The notes beneath the pieces are model-generated. The model did no database searches. It was not told the DNA's origin and saw only the letters and a program-made list of their open reading frames with translations. Below, piece after piece: positions 41,705-55,956 of a stretch of 64,000 nt of DNA (the first letter of the stretch is position 1; the number at the start of each line of letters is the position of its first letter). Location: NCBI RefSeq assembly GCF_000150275.1, contig NW_002060956.1:711379-775378 (forward strand), given 5' to 3'. This stretch comes from Trichoplax adhaerens. Its lineage: Eukaryota > Animalia > Placozoa. A program made the position numbers and the translations under genes.

Positions 41705-44700
41705 TTATCGAGTGATATAACCACTAATTCTGTAATAAATGAAGATAAAGTTAAGGCGCGTACACCAATTCAAAGTAAGAATTGCATTAAATACGATAGT
41801 AACTATAGTTAAAACTAGTGCCCAATAATAAACTTACTCGAGCTTGCCAATCTCTTCCCCATAGAGTGTCAAACTTGCTACATAGCTTTTGCTTTCATGT
41901 GTCATGAAAGTTGTTAATGGAACGTGACAAGCGCCTATACAGAAAATAAATCATCTAATTTAGGGAATATGTAGATTATCATTAAGAATTTTTATGAGGT
42001 ACATCTGTATGCAACCATATGGTGCTAGTACAAAATGTGCTATAAAGAGGTATACTTGTAGAGCACTAGGGAAATAACAAATAACCAAGACTTTATAATA
42101 TCGCAAAGCACATTATATAATAAAAGTATAAATACTAAAGTTAATTTGTATGCGTATATAAGATTATCGCTACGTACCCAAATATTCTCCATTATCACTT
42201 GTTTTTAAAGATACTAAAAGCGATTGGCGTTCAAGATATTCATCAAAAGGGTATTTTGCTTTCATCTAGATAGTAAAGGATAGCAACTAAATATTTCAAC
42301 TACAAGAAATGATGTTAGATAAACATTATAATAAAACCATTATCATCAATACCCTGTTAGGAAGATCAGAAGATTCCCACAGCGGACAAAGATGGATTTG
42401 ATTTGATGGGATTGATGAATGGGGTATTTGTGAAGTAATTGAATTTATTTGCCATCCTGAGGTATTAGGTGCGCTTTCTACGGGATCTGCATGCGAATAA
42501 AAGCGTTTCCGAATCGCAAGATTTACAATTAACAAAGTCCTTAACGAGAATTAGATGAAATAAAATCGTAGATATTGCATTATTTAACATATTTCAGAAA
42601 TGTGGTTTTTATAATCGATCAGATTATATTTACCTTCTAAACAGGACGAAACAAATTCTAAAGTGAAATGAGCAACATAGCGTTTAACTGAACGGATCTG
42701 TAAGTAAATAATATCTTATTTTAATATCATATACCGTACAATTGCACAGGATCTTACTAAAATGAATTAAAGTGAAAATATTTACTTAAAGATGAGACGT
42801 TAGTAAAAACAAATAATTAAGCTTTCAAAGTTATTAAAAGTAATAATTCGGTTGAATTGCTAATCAATCAAGATTTGACTTTAATTTTTGAAGTCAGATA
42901 AGCACGATAGTTAAAGTTTAATAGATTGATGATACTGAATATTGATGGGACGATAATCTCAGCAATGTAAGGCATTGAGGATCAGAACAATAGACGACGT
43001 ACCGCAGCATGAGCATTCAATATTGCAATATACGCGGGCATCTTATGCGGATTATAATTGAGCTTTTTCACTTAAACGTGCGAGTTTTATAGTCAAAATT
43101 AGTAGTTAAAACAATTTTAAAAAAGTATATATATACACATAGAAATTTTTTTGTGATAATTTGTAACCTAGCAAACGTTCCAAATTTTTATCCAGTATTT
43201 ACTAAAAATGCACATATTATTAATAACAATTACACACACAGTATGATAATAAGTTTCCGTAAACTTACTAATATCGACCAAACGGTTACTATTAACATCA
43301 GTTTGGTACAATCCAAAAACAGGCAAATGATCGCTTGTCAGTATATCATGAACGGATCCTACACAAATTTAAATTACGGATAATTATAGATGCTACGATA
43401 TCTGATTGATGCTGTTGCACAAGTAAGCGTATTTCGTCTTCTAGCTAAAGTAGAAATATTTATAATTCACTCAATCACTTAATTTTCTCATACAGAAAAT
43501 GTACGATGATAAGAATAGGCAAAATTAGCTTTATTGACTCCACTCAGTACCTTTATAGGTAGGTAGGAAAATCAAACAAGCTTGCATATCAGCATTTGTG
43601 AGAACAAAAGTAACAGTGACTTGATGCATCGTTTTATAACTATGACTAAATTATTCAAAATTCTTTGCTATAACAAAATCTAAGTGCTTTACTGCACGTA
43701 TATTGTGGTAGCAGTCTTCGGTAAGGTATTACAATTTGCCTGCATATGTAGTTCATGTATACGTACTAATTTTTACTATGGACTAAGAAAGAAACTGCAT
43801 CTAGTTTTGAGACAACTTTATAATGTCACGAAAGTACTAATAGCAAATCATACCGTATGATATACATTCCATAGCAAGACTTGGATACGACTTCCATAAG
43901 ATACGATCACACCAAGAAGGTGTATTAATTGCGTTCTAAAAATTATATCTAAGATTAGATGTAGACTATTTATAAACTGAAAAGAAAAGTAAAACATAAC
44001 ATTAAGTTAATCATGCTTACTCTGCCTCCTGGTCTCCTCTTGAAACAATCATATGCATCATCTTTACCAACCACTAAGCGATAAGTTGGGGGAAAATTCA
44101 GTTCTCTTTCACCTGCATAATCAGTTATTTAGTTAATAATAAATAATCGCATAATCATATCCGATATCAAAACAGGTAACATTAGGTGATCGTTAATATT
44201 GTAACGTCAGTTCAGGTACCAATTTTAATAGACGAAATCATTTATTGTATGTTTTATCCCACGACAACTTATCATCAAATTGAAATGTCTAATTTTGTGA
44301 TTAATCTAAAGCTATAGTCAGCTCGTGACATACGCCAATCAGTAAATACACTGCCATTCAACTTCTCTTGATGCAATTGGTCTACTTGAAATAATTTGGC
44401 AAAATTTCTACAGGAAATACCATTATTGGCTTCCTGAAATGATAAAAAGTTAAAAGCGCTACCTTAAGTTAACCTGTCGTAAGATATGCTAAAATTTTAA
44501 AGACAGTTTATCTAGTAGTGAATCAGTTTACAAATGAAAAAGGGTGCTGAATTAAATATAACTTTTCATGTTAATGAATTGCACAATATCAATCAACCAA
44601 TTGATTGATCACAGATGCAGGGAACAAAAATTTAAAGGCTTGAGATATTTCCACTAGAGCTGAAACAAATATAACTGTATTCTTAAAGGCTACTAAGGAA

Positions 44701-47700
44701 GGAAATTACCGGAACAGCCATCTCTAATCTATAATTCAAATCGCCAAACCAAAAGATATGATGAAACTGATGTGTAACGTCCGTTATATTTGGATTTAGG
44801 TCTCCCAAGCATAAATTACGGGCAATGGCTTGAACGTTATCTTGTCGCCTATAGAATGCCAAAACTTGTGTAACTTTACTTCAATTATAATAATAAAGCC
44901 TTACCATCGGTTAAATTAATGTAAAAGTAATCTCTAACATTTTATTACACATCAATTGAAGTTAGTGTCATGAGATTGATTTTTACCTTTTCTTTTCTTC
45001 AACTCTCGCAGCTAAATGACTATTGATGAAACAAAAATTTGTATCGTCTAATCGAAATGATACGGCTACACCGCCTTTATTACCTACAAATATAGATTTA
45101 AAATACTTTCAAAGATTAATTCTCGATTATTTACAGATTGGTGCTGAGTACATAGCAGTAAGGGATCTTAAACGCTATTTATACATCAGAAATGTCATTT
45201 GTAAATCGTTACTGAAATTTTACCGAGTGTGCCTCCTGCTCCAGTCCTAACTTGAGCGGATTTAACGTCAGTAATTCGGAAAGCAACTTCTGGCCGGCAT
45301 AATATTACAATCCTAATTCCCCATAAGCTATTCACTTGTACCTACGTAATTGATTAATTAATATCACGATATAAACTTCCTAAATCAATATTTATTATTA
45401 ATTAAATTAGTTAATTTAACTACTTAAATTAATTATATAAAATATTAGGATCAAAAGATCGTCCTACCATACTATAATCCAAATTAGTAATTTGATACAA
45501 TGAATTTTTCAATTTGTCAACCCACTCTGATTCGGGGATTGATGAACCCTCCTTTGTTTAAGATTAATAGTTGAGAAGGCTAACTTTAACGATAGATATA
45601 TGGATCGTGATATCTAATGCATATATCACCTAACTAATTACTGATAGGAGCCATTTAGATAGTTTTTACTTTATTACTATACATCGATAGTGTACAGTAT
45701 ATCTACCTGTGTACCGAAAGCATAGATATCAAATGCTATATCAGCTTTCTTGTTCAGTTTTATGCCTTGGCCGTGACACAGCGGCCATGATTGTATATCA
45801 TCTGGTGGACGTTTACCACCTATGATATGGCATTCATAAAATATCCATTAGTATCAATTACCGACTTAAAAATGTGCAAAATAGAATTTAGATCTGTTTG
45901 CAGATACCCATATTCCATGTACCAACAAAGATATTGATTTTATCGCTGTGTTTAGATGTATCTGGGTCTTTTAAACTCTCTACGCCAGAGAAAAACTGTT
46001 GCGCTGACTATTAACATAAACCAATACAAATGCAAAGCGTTATAATTTCAGAGGGTTAAGATTGCTGCTTTCTATAATTACTTGTGAGTTTATTTGCAGA
46101 ATCAAACTTACGCGCGCATCTGGAAATCGAAAAATATGCTGCCGGCTAAATTTGCCTTTACCGAAGATTAATTTCAATTTCTGAAAGTCTTCCGGATCTT
46201 TAATAACGCGATAAACTAGAAAATTGATTGATTTATTACTGAAAATCTTAACAGTTCATTCGCCAGCGAGAAGATTGACGTAGAAGCGATTGCATCATGA
46301 GAATCGTTAATTAGAATAGTATTACTTTCTGAGGGGAGGGTTTTAGAAATAACCGTTCCTTCTTCCGAACTAAGCAAAATTTCCAGTTGTCCTACAGACA
46401 GAATTTACGAAAAATTTCAATAACGTGATTGACTACAAAAATAAGTTATTTGGCAGCAAATATTTATGCACGTTAAATGTTACTAGCGTATAATCCAAAG
46501 GGATTAGTAATTGCAAAATTGTTAAAATGTAAATATCAAGAGTATAAAACATACTCTTGCTAAAATCTATTTTAATTGCGGCTTCGGTGGTTTTTCTCTT
46601 TTCGGATAGGACAATTACCTAAAATGGAAGTTCGATAGAGATACAATACATTAAGATCAATCACTAAGAACTGTCTTTTAGAAAGCACACTGATTATATT
46701 GTTGATAATAAATTAAACGACTACGCTGTCAATATTTGGATAAAATGTCAAGTTTAATGCTCCTTTGCATCTCACTTTGTAAGATCGATTCGGCAAACGA
46801 ACTTCCCGAGGTTCATCTGCATCCGGAGATTGTCTTGTAGCAGGATCATGATCATCATCTGAAGTCCTTGCTGGGTGAATATCGTCACTTTCGTTACTAG
46901 ATGTATGATCAGTTATCATTGCAGAATCTCCACTATTTGAACCAGATGATGAGGGATTATCAGCATCAACGTCAGCTTTCAGTAGTTTAAAGAACTAGGT
47001 TTGAAATTTAAAACAAATATTTTCATTTTCATCTTAAAGTATGTATGAGAAGAAACGGAACGGAGTGGTATGATTTAATGACAATTGCTTCTTTAAAGTG
47101 AATCTCTCTTCGATATCAGTGCGTCACTATTTCAGTCGGTTTATTGATTCATTATACATGTGCATTTTTACCAAGTACGGCGATAAATAAATTTAATATT
47201 CTTATTTTACCTGGTCATTAACGTTTTGTAATAATTGCCGGCAAGAAGACAACTTATTGACTACCGCATCAACAGTCAGTTCCATGGGTGAATCATCGTT
47301 ATCAGGTCGTATTCGATAAAGGAAGTCCAGTGAATCCGGAGCGGGCTAGATTGTATTGTGGAATATAGTATACAACAGTAAGTCATGGATTAATTTAAAA
47401 TTATAAAAATTACTCGAGTTTAAAGTAATCCTAACGAATCAATATGTAAAAAATATTATACTCTAGAATTTACACTACCAGCTCTCAATGGTATAAAAAT
47501 TCTTCCTAATTCACCTCGTCATGATTGCTACTTAAGATTAGCAACTCTATTAGCTTTTGAGCATAAAGTGTCTGTATTATACGCTTACAATAGCTACAGG
47601 GTCTAGCTTTATTCCATATGCTGTACATAAGTGTAAGCTACATAATTCTGCATAAAGTATTTATGGTTTTAATTGCAGCGCAAGTATACTGTATATGGCA

Positions 47701-50700
47701 TGCATCACTTGCAGCAGCATCCTTTCAATTTCATCATTGAAATTATACAGTAATTTATTGAATACTTATCGTAAATTTCACGAATTTAAGTAACCGTAAT
47801 ACAACAGATATACAAATATAAATATACGGATAGTTTCTTTATAATCCGTAGTAGAGTAGTACAGTATATTGATTATTATCTATAAATCTGTGATATTAAC
47901 CACTGTGACTAAATATGCAATATATTAGAAAGAATTAATTATTAATTATTAATCGATAAAATTTTTCTACAATAGACCGTTCTAAACGGATAATTACAAT
48001 TATCATATCTTTATAATAGTTCTCTATATATGAGATTGTAATTGCTACCTTACCTGCGCAATCCTAGTTGTAATCTGTGCCATAGTGTCCAAGTAACCAT
48101 TAAAGTGATCAATCTCGCTAGAAAATACGTATTATCATAAAATATTGGCTAACATATTTGTGATAATATATCATAAGAAAATGGTAATCTAAATTGCTAC
48201 CTGTTCAGTTGCTTTGACAACAAAGCTAATAGTTTTTCAAATTTCGTACAACGACCGCTGTTATTTGTTTTAATGTCATTTAAGTCGTCTAATACTTCTT
48301 TTTCAAAATAGGTTTGCATCAATTTGGTATGTTCATTAGAGTATCTATATCGAGATTAGGTTTAGCTTAGCGCATAATATCATTAACAAATAAGTTTCAT
48401 ACAATGTTATCTACAACAGTTCTATACATAGCTGATATATTGACTTTTATCGGACCTTGTAACAAATACGAAGATATGTTTTTTGATAGCACATAATTAA
48501 ATTAAGCTCACCCTAAGGAAGGTATACTCCTGTTAGCGATCTCTTTAAGTAATGTTTTTAAGCTGTTTTCATAATTTGATTCATCTTTAGAAATCAATGA
48601 AGGAAGAGTATATGAATCATAAACAATTTATTTTAATGTCAAAAAAGACAAGTGGATGATTTGCTACAACTAAAATATAGGCGTCGAGGAAATTGCTCGA
48701 AAATACGTGAAACTGCTAATGAAGTGTGAAAATCTTATTATTTTTAATCTCGCTGATCAAATTTGTGTATAACAATATAATACTGATATGAAATACGTGT
48801 ACTATTGCGGTACAATAGTCAACAACAATAACTGTTAATATCTTTACGGAAATCAGGTTGAGCGATAACTGGTAAGAGCAATATTAAGTATAGGGTATAT
48901 TGTAAAGTCGTGATGTTTATTTTAATTTATTGTACGCAATTAATAAATGCTATAACGTTTATTGGCTTAGAAGTAAAATAAGTATAGTAATAGAAATACC
49001 TTCTTCTGTTGGTGTTGGTGGAGAGACTGACTTAGTAAGGGGATGCGCTAAGCCTTGGTTAGGCTGCCTGAAATGCTTTACCAGTTCGTCCATACTGCTG
49101 AAAGTCTTTTCGGTAAATCCTTCACACTATTATAAACAAATAAACAGCTCATTTTTAGACATAAATCTCATATTGTTGCGATTAATTAGATGGCAGTGAT
49201 ATTAGTCACCTATTTTCTATTTTAACGGCCTTAATTACTTTGTACTGTAATATTTGATGCTAGTTGCTTTTAAAAATTAGGTGAACCTTCTGCAGTGCTA
49301 AATTTTATGTTAGGTAACTAATATTATATATAGCAAATATAACAGTAAGAAAATTCCAAAACAAAAGTAGGTGAAGTGTGTTATTCTTTATCCAAACACG
49401 CATGCATAAAGGTATTGCAGGGAAGTGAGTTCATGCATGCTTCATACTATTTTTACTAAATATTAAGCTATTACAACATGATTTAACTATCAGTTCTTTG
49501 GTACGGTAAATACATATAAAATTGATTGACATTTTTTATTAGCTGTTCCATTATGGCAATAAATAGTAAAATTTTAAGTTATCACTTACCACAAATCGGC
49601 CATGAAATACTTTTATCCTATGATGGAAGAATTTGTTGCGATATCTAAGAGTGTTATATATATATTAGAATAATGTCATTATTAAATTCATTTTCGAAGA
49701 ACAATAAATCGACACTAATTACACATGTAGTGAAAAGACCGAAAAAAATGAACTCCAATTCTTTAGCGGTATTCTATTTATGATACTGTAGATTTTTTTA
49801 CTAACATAGCTGTTAGATGTTATTTGGTATACTGTAACAGATTGATTGCTTAACATGATCCACAGATCGCCTTAAACGTTAATGAATATTACATTATTCA
49901 GATACAGATAACTGATATCGTAAATGTAAATCCCTTTTTCAATCATGGATTACTAAATGGTTCTAGTATTTTACATACTAAACTATCAACTCGGTACTAT
50001 TTTTTAACAATATATTGTAGTGCTTTCTTGGTATTATCTTTCTTCATACAATCTACATTACTGAAAGGTTAATTATAGCTTCTTTGACAGACAATGTAGA
50101 GGAGGACAAACATCGTAAATCAATGATAATTATAAATTTAACGACAATAGATAGCTATCGTACTAGATAAAGCAGTTAGTACGTCTATCGAGTAAATGGA
50201 GTGACTTGAAGTACCATTCTAATAGTTAGTCAATGATCACGAAAAGTAGTACAGTAGTAGTATATATGGGTAAATATAACATGTAACTGTAACAAGAATT
50301 ATATAGTATACTGTATTAGTGTATACAGTACGTAAACTAACTGCTTCATAAAAGACAATAATTTAGATAGTGTAGCTAAGGAGCAAGTCTGATTTAGACG
50401 TAAAATTACAACTATTTGACTGTTCCATGATTGGTTGTCACATCGAAAAGAAGGACGGAATCATATCGATAGGTATGCATTCCATATTGTCTATGCGTTT
50501 TTAAAGTGTGCTTACGATACAATTCCCAGCAGCTCATTTCCTATTGACTTAACTTATGATATGTTAGAGAGGATGAAACGGTATAAAGTAATCTAGTTAT
50601 TAGAGCCTTACATATGAACAACTTATCCAATCGATCCATTACCGCCAAAAATGTAGTGTAAATATAGTGAATTAATGATATCGGATATCCTGCAGCGACT

Positions 50701-51268
50701 TAGGATAGGTAAAGAGTATTGATTATCATCTATTAGTGCTCTTCTCCTGTAGCTAACAATCCAATTTGCAGTCATTTCTTTGAGTATCAGACTGATAGAT
50801 CTTTTTTAGTGTATTTACAAATACAGTCTTTAACTAGGGCCAGGAGATACTTAATAAGGTATACCTTTAGGTTTAAATTTATTCGATACACCAATACAGT
50901 GATTAATTGGTGTTATCCTGCAGATAATTTAAGACTTGACTTCGGAATCGAATCAATCGTATGATTGCTGTTGCGATTGCATGATTATATATCATATTAG
51001 GTCAGGAATTAACTCCTGATTTATAATTAGTTGTGCAAATTTTACATTTATCGTTCGTAGTATGATAGAGCAAGTTCATGTCTGATCATAACAGTCAGTT
51101 TTTTTAATAATAAAATCCATAAATACTGTACCTTATTGATAATGCGAATGTGCCCGGTACACGATGACTAGGTCTGATTAGGAAGGCACCATCTTGGTCT
51201 TCTAGTCTGAGTAGGTCTTCAGCCTGTTCATAGGAAACGTCAATGTAATAATTGGCTAAGTTCTCCAT
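41705..51268 (-). CDS. SHIP-like paralogue C (SH2-containing inositol 5-phosphatase), the most canonical copy
   Basis: ATG at 51268, with an in-frame stop upstream: [34 protein letters not shown]...[11 protein letters not shown] (SH2). Motifs [76 protein letters not shown], and C2 [11 protein letters not shown]. Ends KLEISGYITR*. Confidence 0.93.
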
Positions 51269-52355
51269 GACTACTCAAAATGACCTCTACCTAATTTATA
51301 TGGACCAGAAGAAAGAAAACGAAATTAATAATAATTCGAAGTTACTGTAGCGTTGAATCAGGTAGCATAAAACGTGACTGGCAACGTTCACATATTAGTC
51401 GCATCCATAGTTCTAATGTGCGAATCAAGTGATATATTAAGAATTGCATTAAATTATGTAGTAATAATGTCGTGACTATCGATAATAATATGTAATTGAT
51501 CCGATTAATATTGGAGAAAATGCAATTTTTTCAACATGTAATGAAAGTTTAATTGGATCAGACTCGATTCATGCAATTAACCTTCAAGGTGTAGCAGCTC
51601 GGTGACTCTGAGCGCTACAAATGATGATAAAATAAAGGAAAACTTTACGATACGTAACATATATGTTACGGCCAAAACCCGAAGTCCGGCCAATACGCGT
51701 AATGATAACCTATATATGTATATTTAGGATTAGTTTGCTCAACATGTTCGAAATATCAACAGAGTGCAGAGTGTATTAGATAAGATCCTGGAAATACTTA
51801 AGTGTCAATGACCAGGAACATCGATTTACTATTAACGTTTGTAGAAATCAGGAGAATTGATTTCAACCAATTAATCGTCTTATCTACAATACTATTTTAC
51901 TGCCAATTGCTTGACCATTTTAAATTATTTACAAATTGAACATGAACTTGATTTATTCCGGTTGTACACGAGTATACTGCAAGTCGGGGTCTACTCTACT
52001 TAAGAGTTTCAATATTAGTATGATAGTCATCACAGGAAATGATCACTATTCTAATTTCAATGATACCATCTTGATAGCAAGCAATCAATCGATGCTGTAA
52101 TCTAATGAAATATTTTTGATGGGCTCTTTAACACCGCAATGCTGCATCCTCAGTACAAAACTATGGAATTATGACATCCAGGGCAATAACGATTCATGAA
52201 TAAGACGTTGCAGGCTTGATTAATGATTTGCTATGATTGCAACTAAACTTTGACAAATACTCACGCTGACTACGGTGCCAAATTCAATCATTTCAACGAC
52301 TCAACAATAGCAACATCAGTCTCATTTCAACTTGCCTCAATTTTTCGATTGAAAA

Positions 52356-53160
52356 GCTCTATCAGGCTTGCTCAATATCCAAACTTTCGCAATATTCTCC
52401 TGATTACAGCGATCTTGAAACTCCAAATCACTGTTTTCACCCTTTTGTTGATACCGTCTATCCAGCAAGTTCTACTTTTATGCTTGTATGGCTCTGTCAG
52501 GCGTGCTCAATATCTAAATTTTCGCAATATTCTGATTACAGCGATCTTGAAACTCCAAATCACTGTTTTCACCCTTTTGTAGATACCGTCTATCCAGCAA
52601 GTTCTACTTTTATGCTTGTATGGCTCTATCAGGCTTGCTCAATATCCAAACTTTCGCAATATTCTCCTGATTACAGCGATCTTGAAACTCCAAATCACTG
52701 TTTCCACCCTTTTGTTGATACCGTCTATCCAGCAAGTTCTACTTTTATGCTTGTATGGCTCTGTCAGGCGTACTCAATATCTAAATTTTCGCAATATTCT
52801 CCTGATTACAGCGATCTTGAAACTCCAAATCACTGTTTTCACCCTTTTGTAGATACCGTCTATCCAGCAAGTTCTACTTTTATGCTTGTATGGCTCTATC
52901 AGGCGTACTCAATATCTAAATTTTCGCAATATTCTCCTGATTACAGCGATCTTGAAACTCCAAATCACTGTTTTCACCCTTTTGTAGATACCGTCTATCC
53001 AGCAAGTTCTACTTTTATGCTTGTATGGCTCTATCAGGCTTGCTCAATATCCAAATTTTCGCAATAATCTCCTGATTACAGCGATCTTGAAACTCCAAAT
53101 CACTGTTTCCACCCTTTTGTTGATTGCGTCTATCCAGCAAGTTCTACTTTTATGCTTGTA
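52356..53160. repeat. Minisatellite, 6 x 135 bp
   Basis: Units start at 52356, 52491, 52623 (copy 2 has a 3-bp deletion), 52758, 52893 and 53028 and are nearly identical. Confidence 0.98.
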
Positions 53161-55956
53161 CTGTACTTTTATACAGTATAGTACAGTCCATTTAGTGGTT
53201 GGTTGCTGTTGACAGTACAGTACTGCACAGGATGGTACTTTGTACTATATTGTTCATCATCATAACAGGGACTACTGGAAAGAGGAGGAGGGTCAGAGTG
53301 TAGTTAAAATAACCAGCAAAAAAAAGGTCGGCCTCCATATTGCTTACGAAAGTTCATGATAATTATTGTTATAATAACTCGCCAAGAAAGCCGTCCTCTC
53401 CCTCTGGATCACCTTGTTTGCTAGCTTTTGCCGAGGGCTGATTGCACCCTGGGGTAGTAGTCAGGGACATCCAGATGCTAAATTGCTAAGTTGGTTTTGT
53501 GCAATATATTATACGGTTTCATGGATACCGTAGAGTAGAAGGAGTAGAAAAATGAAATGATCAAACTCCGTATTATTTTGCAATGGTGACGGTTTGACGT
53601 CCCTCTTGCTTTGCCTTTTTTATACAGTATAGACGTTTTCGAAATCCAACCTTCTTTTTCTGTAACAAACGAGCGCTTCTGTGCAAATGTCCCTGCGGAC
53701 AGACATTCCAGCTTTATGGATGAGATTGAATTGCAAACTTTACACTCCAGTTTAGGCGTTATGACTGTTTACAGTAAGTTGAATTTCCTTGCAGAAATGA
53801 TTAAACTGTACATTTAAATGAAGGTAAATTTGATTAGTTTTGATAGATTCCTAACCCACCCTCTCTCATAAACTCCCAGCTTTTATACCCTCGACGGCGG
53901 ATTATACCGTAGGGTATCTGCAAAACCGAGCAACACTTGCAAATCCTAACCGTACAGGTCCTTGTCCTAACATCGCTATTTTATGTCATAGGTGTTGCAC
54001 TAATCTTAGCACTTTCGAAATGGCAGTAGAGTACAGTACAAGCTGTAGTTGTGGTGAAACTACGCCATCATAAAACTCTATCTGTTATATCGATACCAAA
54101 GCATGATCATGGAGAAGAATCGAACAGGTTTACTAAAAACTACCTGGTAGTCACACAAGACACAAGTCATAAACTCACAATACTATACAGTTACTGTACG
54201 GAAAATTTCTCATTCGCAAAGTACATTGCAGTAATAGTTTATTTATTTAAGAAAATTAATGACATATCACCGCACGGTGGGACGGTATAGTCAGATCAGT
54301 ATTAAAGTTAAGTGGAAAGGTCAGAGAAATTAGCTTGCTGTAAATGAATGCAGCAGTTGCTTTCAAAAATTGACAGCCATAACGATGATCTCACCTTTCA
54401 TTTTAGTCAATTTTACGGTATCTTGCTCGCTAAAGAACGGAGTAATTGTATAATGCATCATTCATATTATAGTACTCGTATATGAGAAGACGGCCAAAAC
54501 GCGTATAACAGGTTAACGTGATGGCTGTCAATAAATTTGATTAGGCTGTTGTTACTGGTAAAAATACCTTTCGGTAGTGAAAGACAGCTTGGCCAAGATT
54601 GTGTAGTTCCAATCCTAAAGTACACGTACATGTATTCTGCAATTCCATAGATATCAATGCCACAATTACTGCCATTAAACAATATCGCCGAACAAGTTGT
54701 TCGTGCGCTATCGCAAAATGCCTTAAACGCTGTAATAAACAAATCCCTAACGTGATAACAATTTTACGATTAATCAAATCTTGAATAAAGTATTTGCATT
54801 AGATAAGTACTTCAGTACTAGTACTAAGGCTAAACACGATATTCCATTTCTAAATGATGATGTAAATACACTTAAATACACGCGTAAACGTATCCTGAAC
54901 CTCTGTCAAAGGAGGAATCGATTCTATACTGTAATATAGTAGCACAATCTGCAGTAGTGTTCATTAAAATAACCATGAGAATAATATTGCATTTATTATT
55001 TTTTTTGCCCTGTACACTGTACAATAGTAGACAGTAGTATTCTGTATCCCCACTTCTGCTCTAATAACGCTATTCAGCATGCCTTCCGAATATTATACTG
55101 TTTGGCAATACTGTAGCACTGTATATGTTATTATGAATGAATATATGGTTTGGTTTACTGTTATTGCGTGCGTGAAAATTCTAAAGTAGAGACTAGAGTA
55201 ATGTTGAACACTCCTTTAGCATTTTTTGTAACTAGTGTACTGTTATTACGTTTTGGCATCATTTCAGCTATCGAGGAGTGCTAGCAGGCAGTTGCAATCA
55301 TGAACTTTTGGCTTTTCCTTGTTGATCAAACATCCTCTAGTTCTGGAAGGGAAATCATATTGTGAAGCGGCAGACAACTATATCTATACCTGTAAATACT
55401 ATAGACAGAGAATGACAAATATTAAAAATAATTGATATCATATTGAATGACGACCATTTTTTTACCACTTTTTAAATTCCTACATGATGTTATCAATTAT
55501 GATTGCTTTATCACTAGTACTAGTTGGATGACTAAAGCGATTACGTAATGCGTACATGGCACATTTTTGATATAATCAAAGTATTTCTACTATCAGCTGG
55601 ATGATTTATGAATGATAAGCTGGAGTGTATGAATAACTAGCAGAACTGTTTACATTGCCAGAGCTTCGTGATTGAGCAATGAAAGGTTCTAAATTTCTAG
55701 TAATCCGTGGCAATACCATACGATATGTTGGTAGGCTATACGTGTACTACAATACTGTATGTAGAAGAATACCTGTTTAAATATCTAATTTTTCGCTTGA
55801 TTAAAAGTTTATGCTACTGTAATTATAATATATTCTTTCCAACTGAGTTCATTTATTTAGCCAAATATCATCTCTTGTACTGATATCGTAAGTTTTGCTC
55901 TATAAGCACGATTTGTGTACATATGTAATTGTTGGTACGATAGCTAAATAACCGTA

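Noticed and set aside
52250-53212. Overlapping ORFs in the 135-bp array as real genes
   Set aside because: They follow from a repeat whose period is a multiple of 3. There is no recognisable domain, and stops break the alternative frame in the B-type units.
53400-53480. Possible structured ncRNA (TCTGGAT...ATCCAGA enclosing CCCTG/CAGGG)
   Set aside because: The stems are short, there are no family-defining motifs, and they are plausible by chance in a GC-richer patch.
54467-54784. Three overlapping short ORFs, plus a 32-aa amphipathic ORF (MPQLLPLNNIAEQVVRAL...)
   Set aside because: No recognisable homology or linkable exons, so they cannot be supported without expression data.
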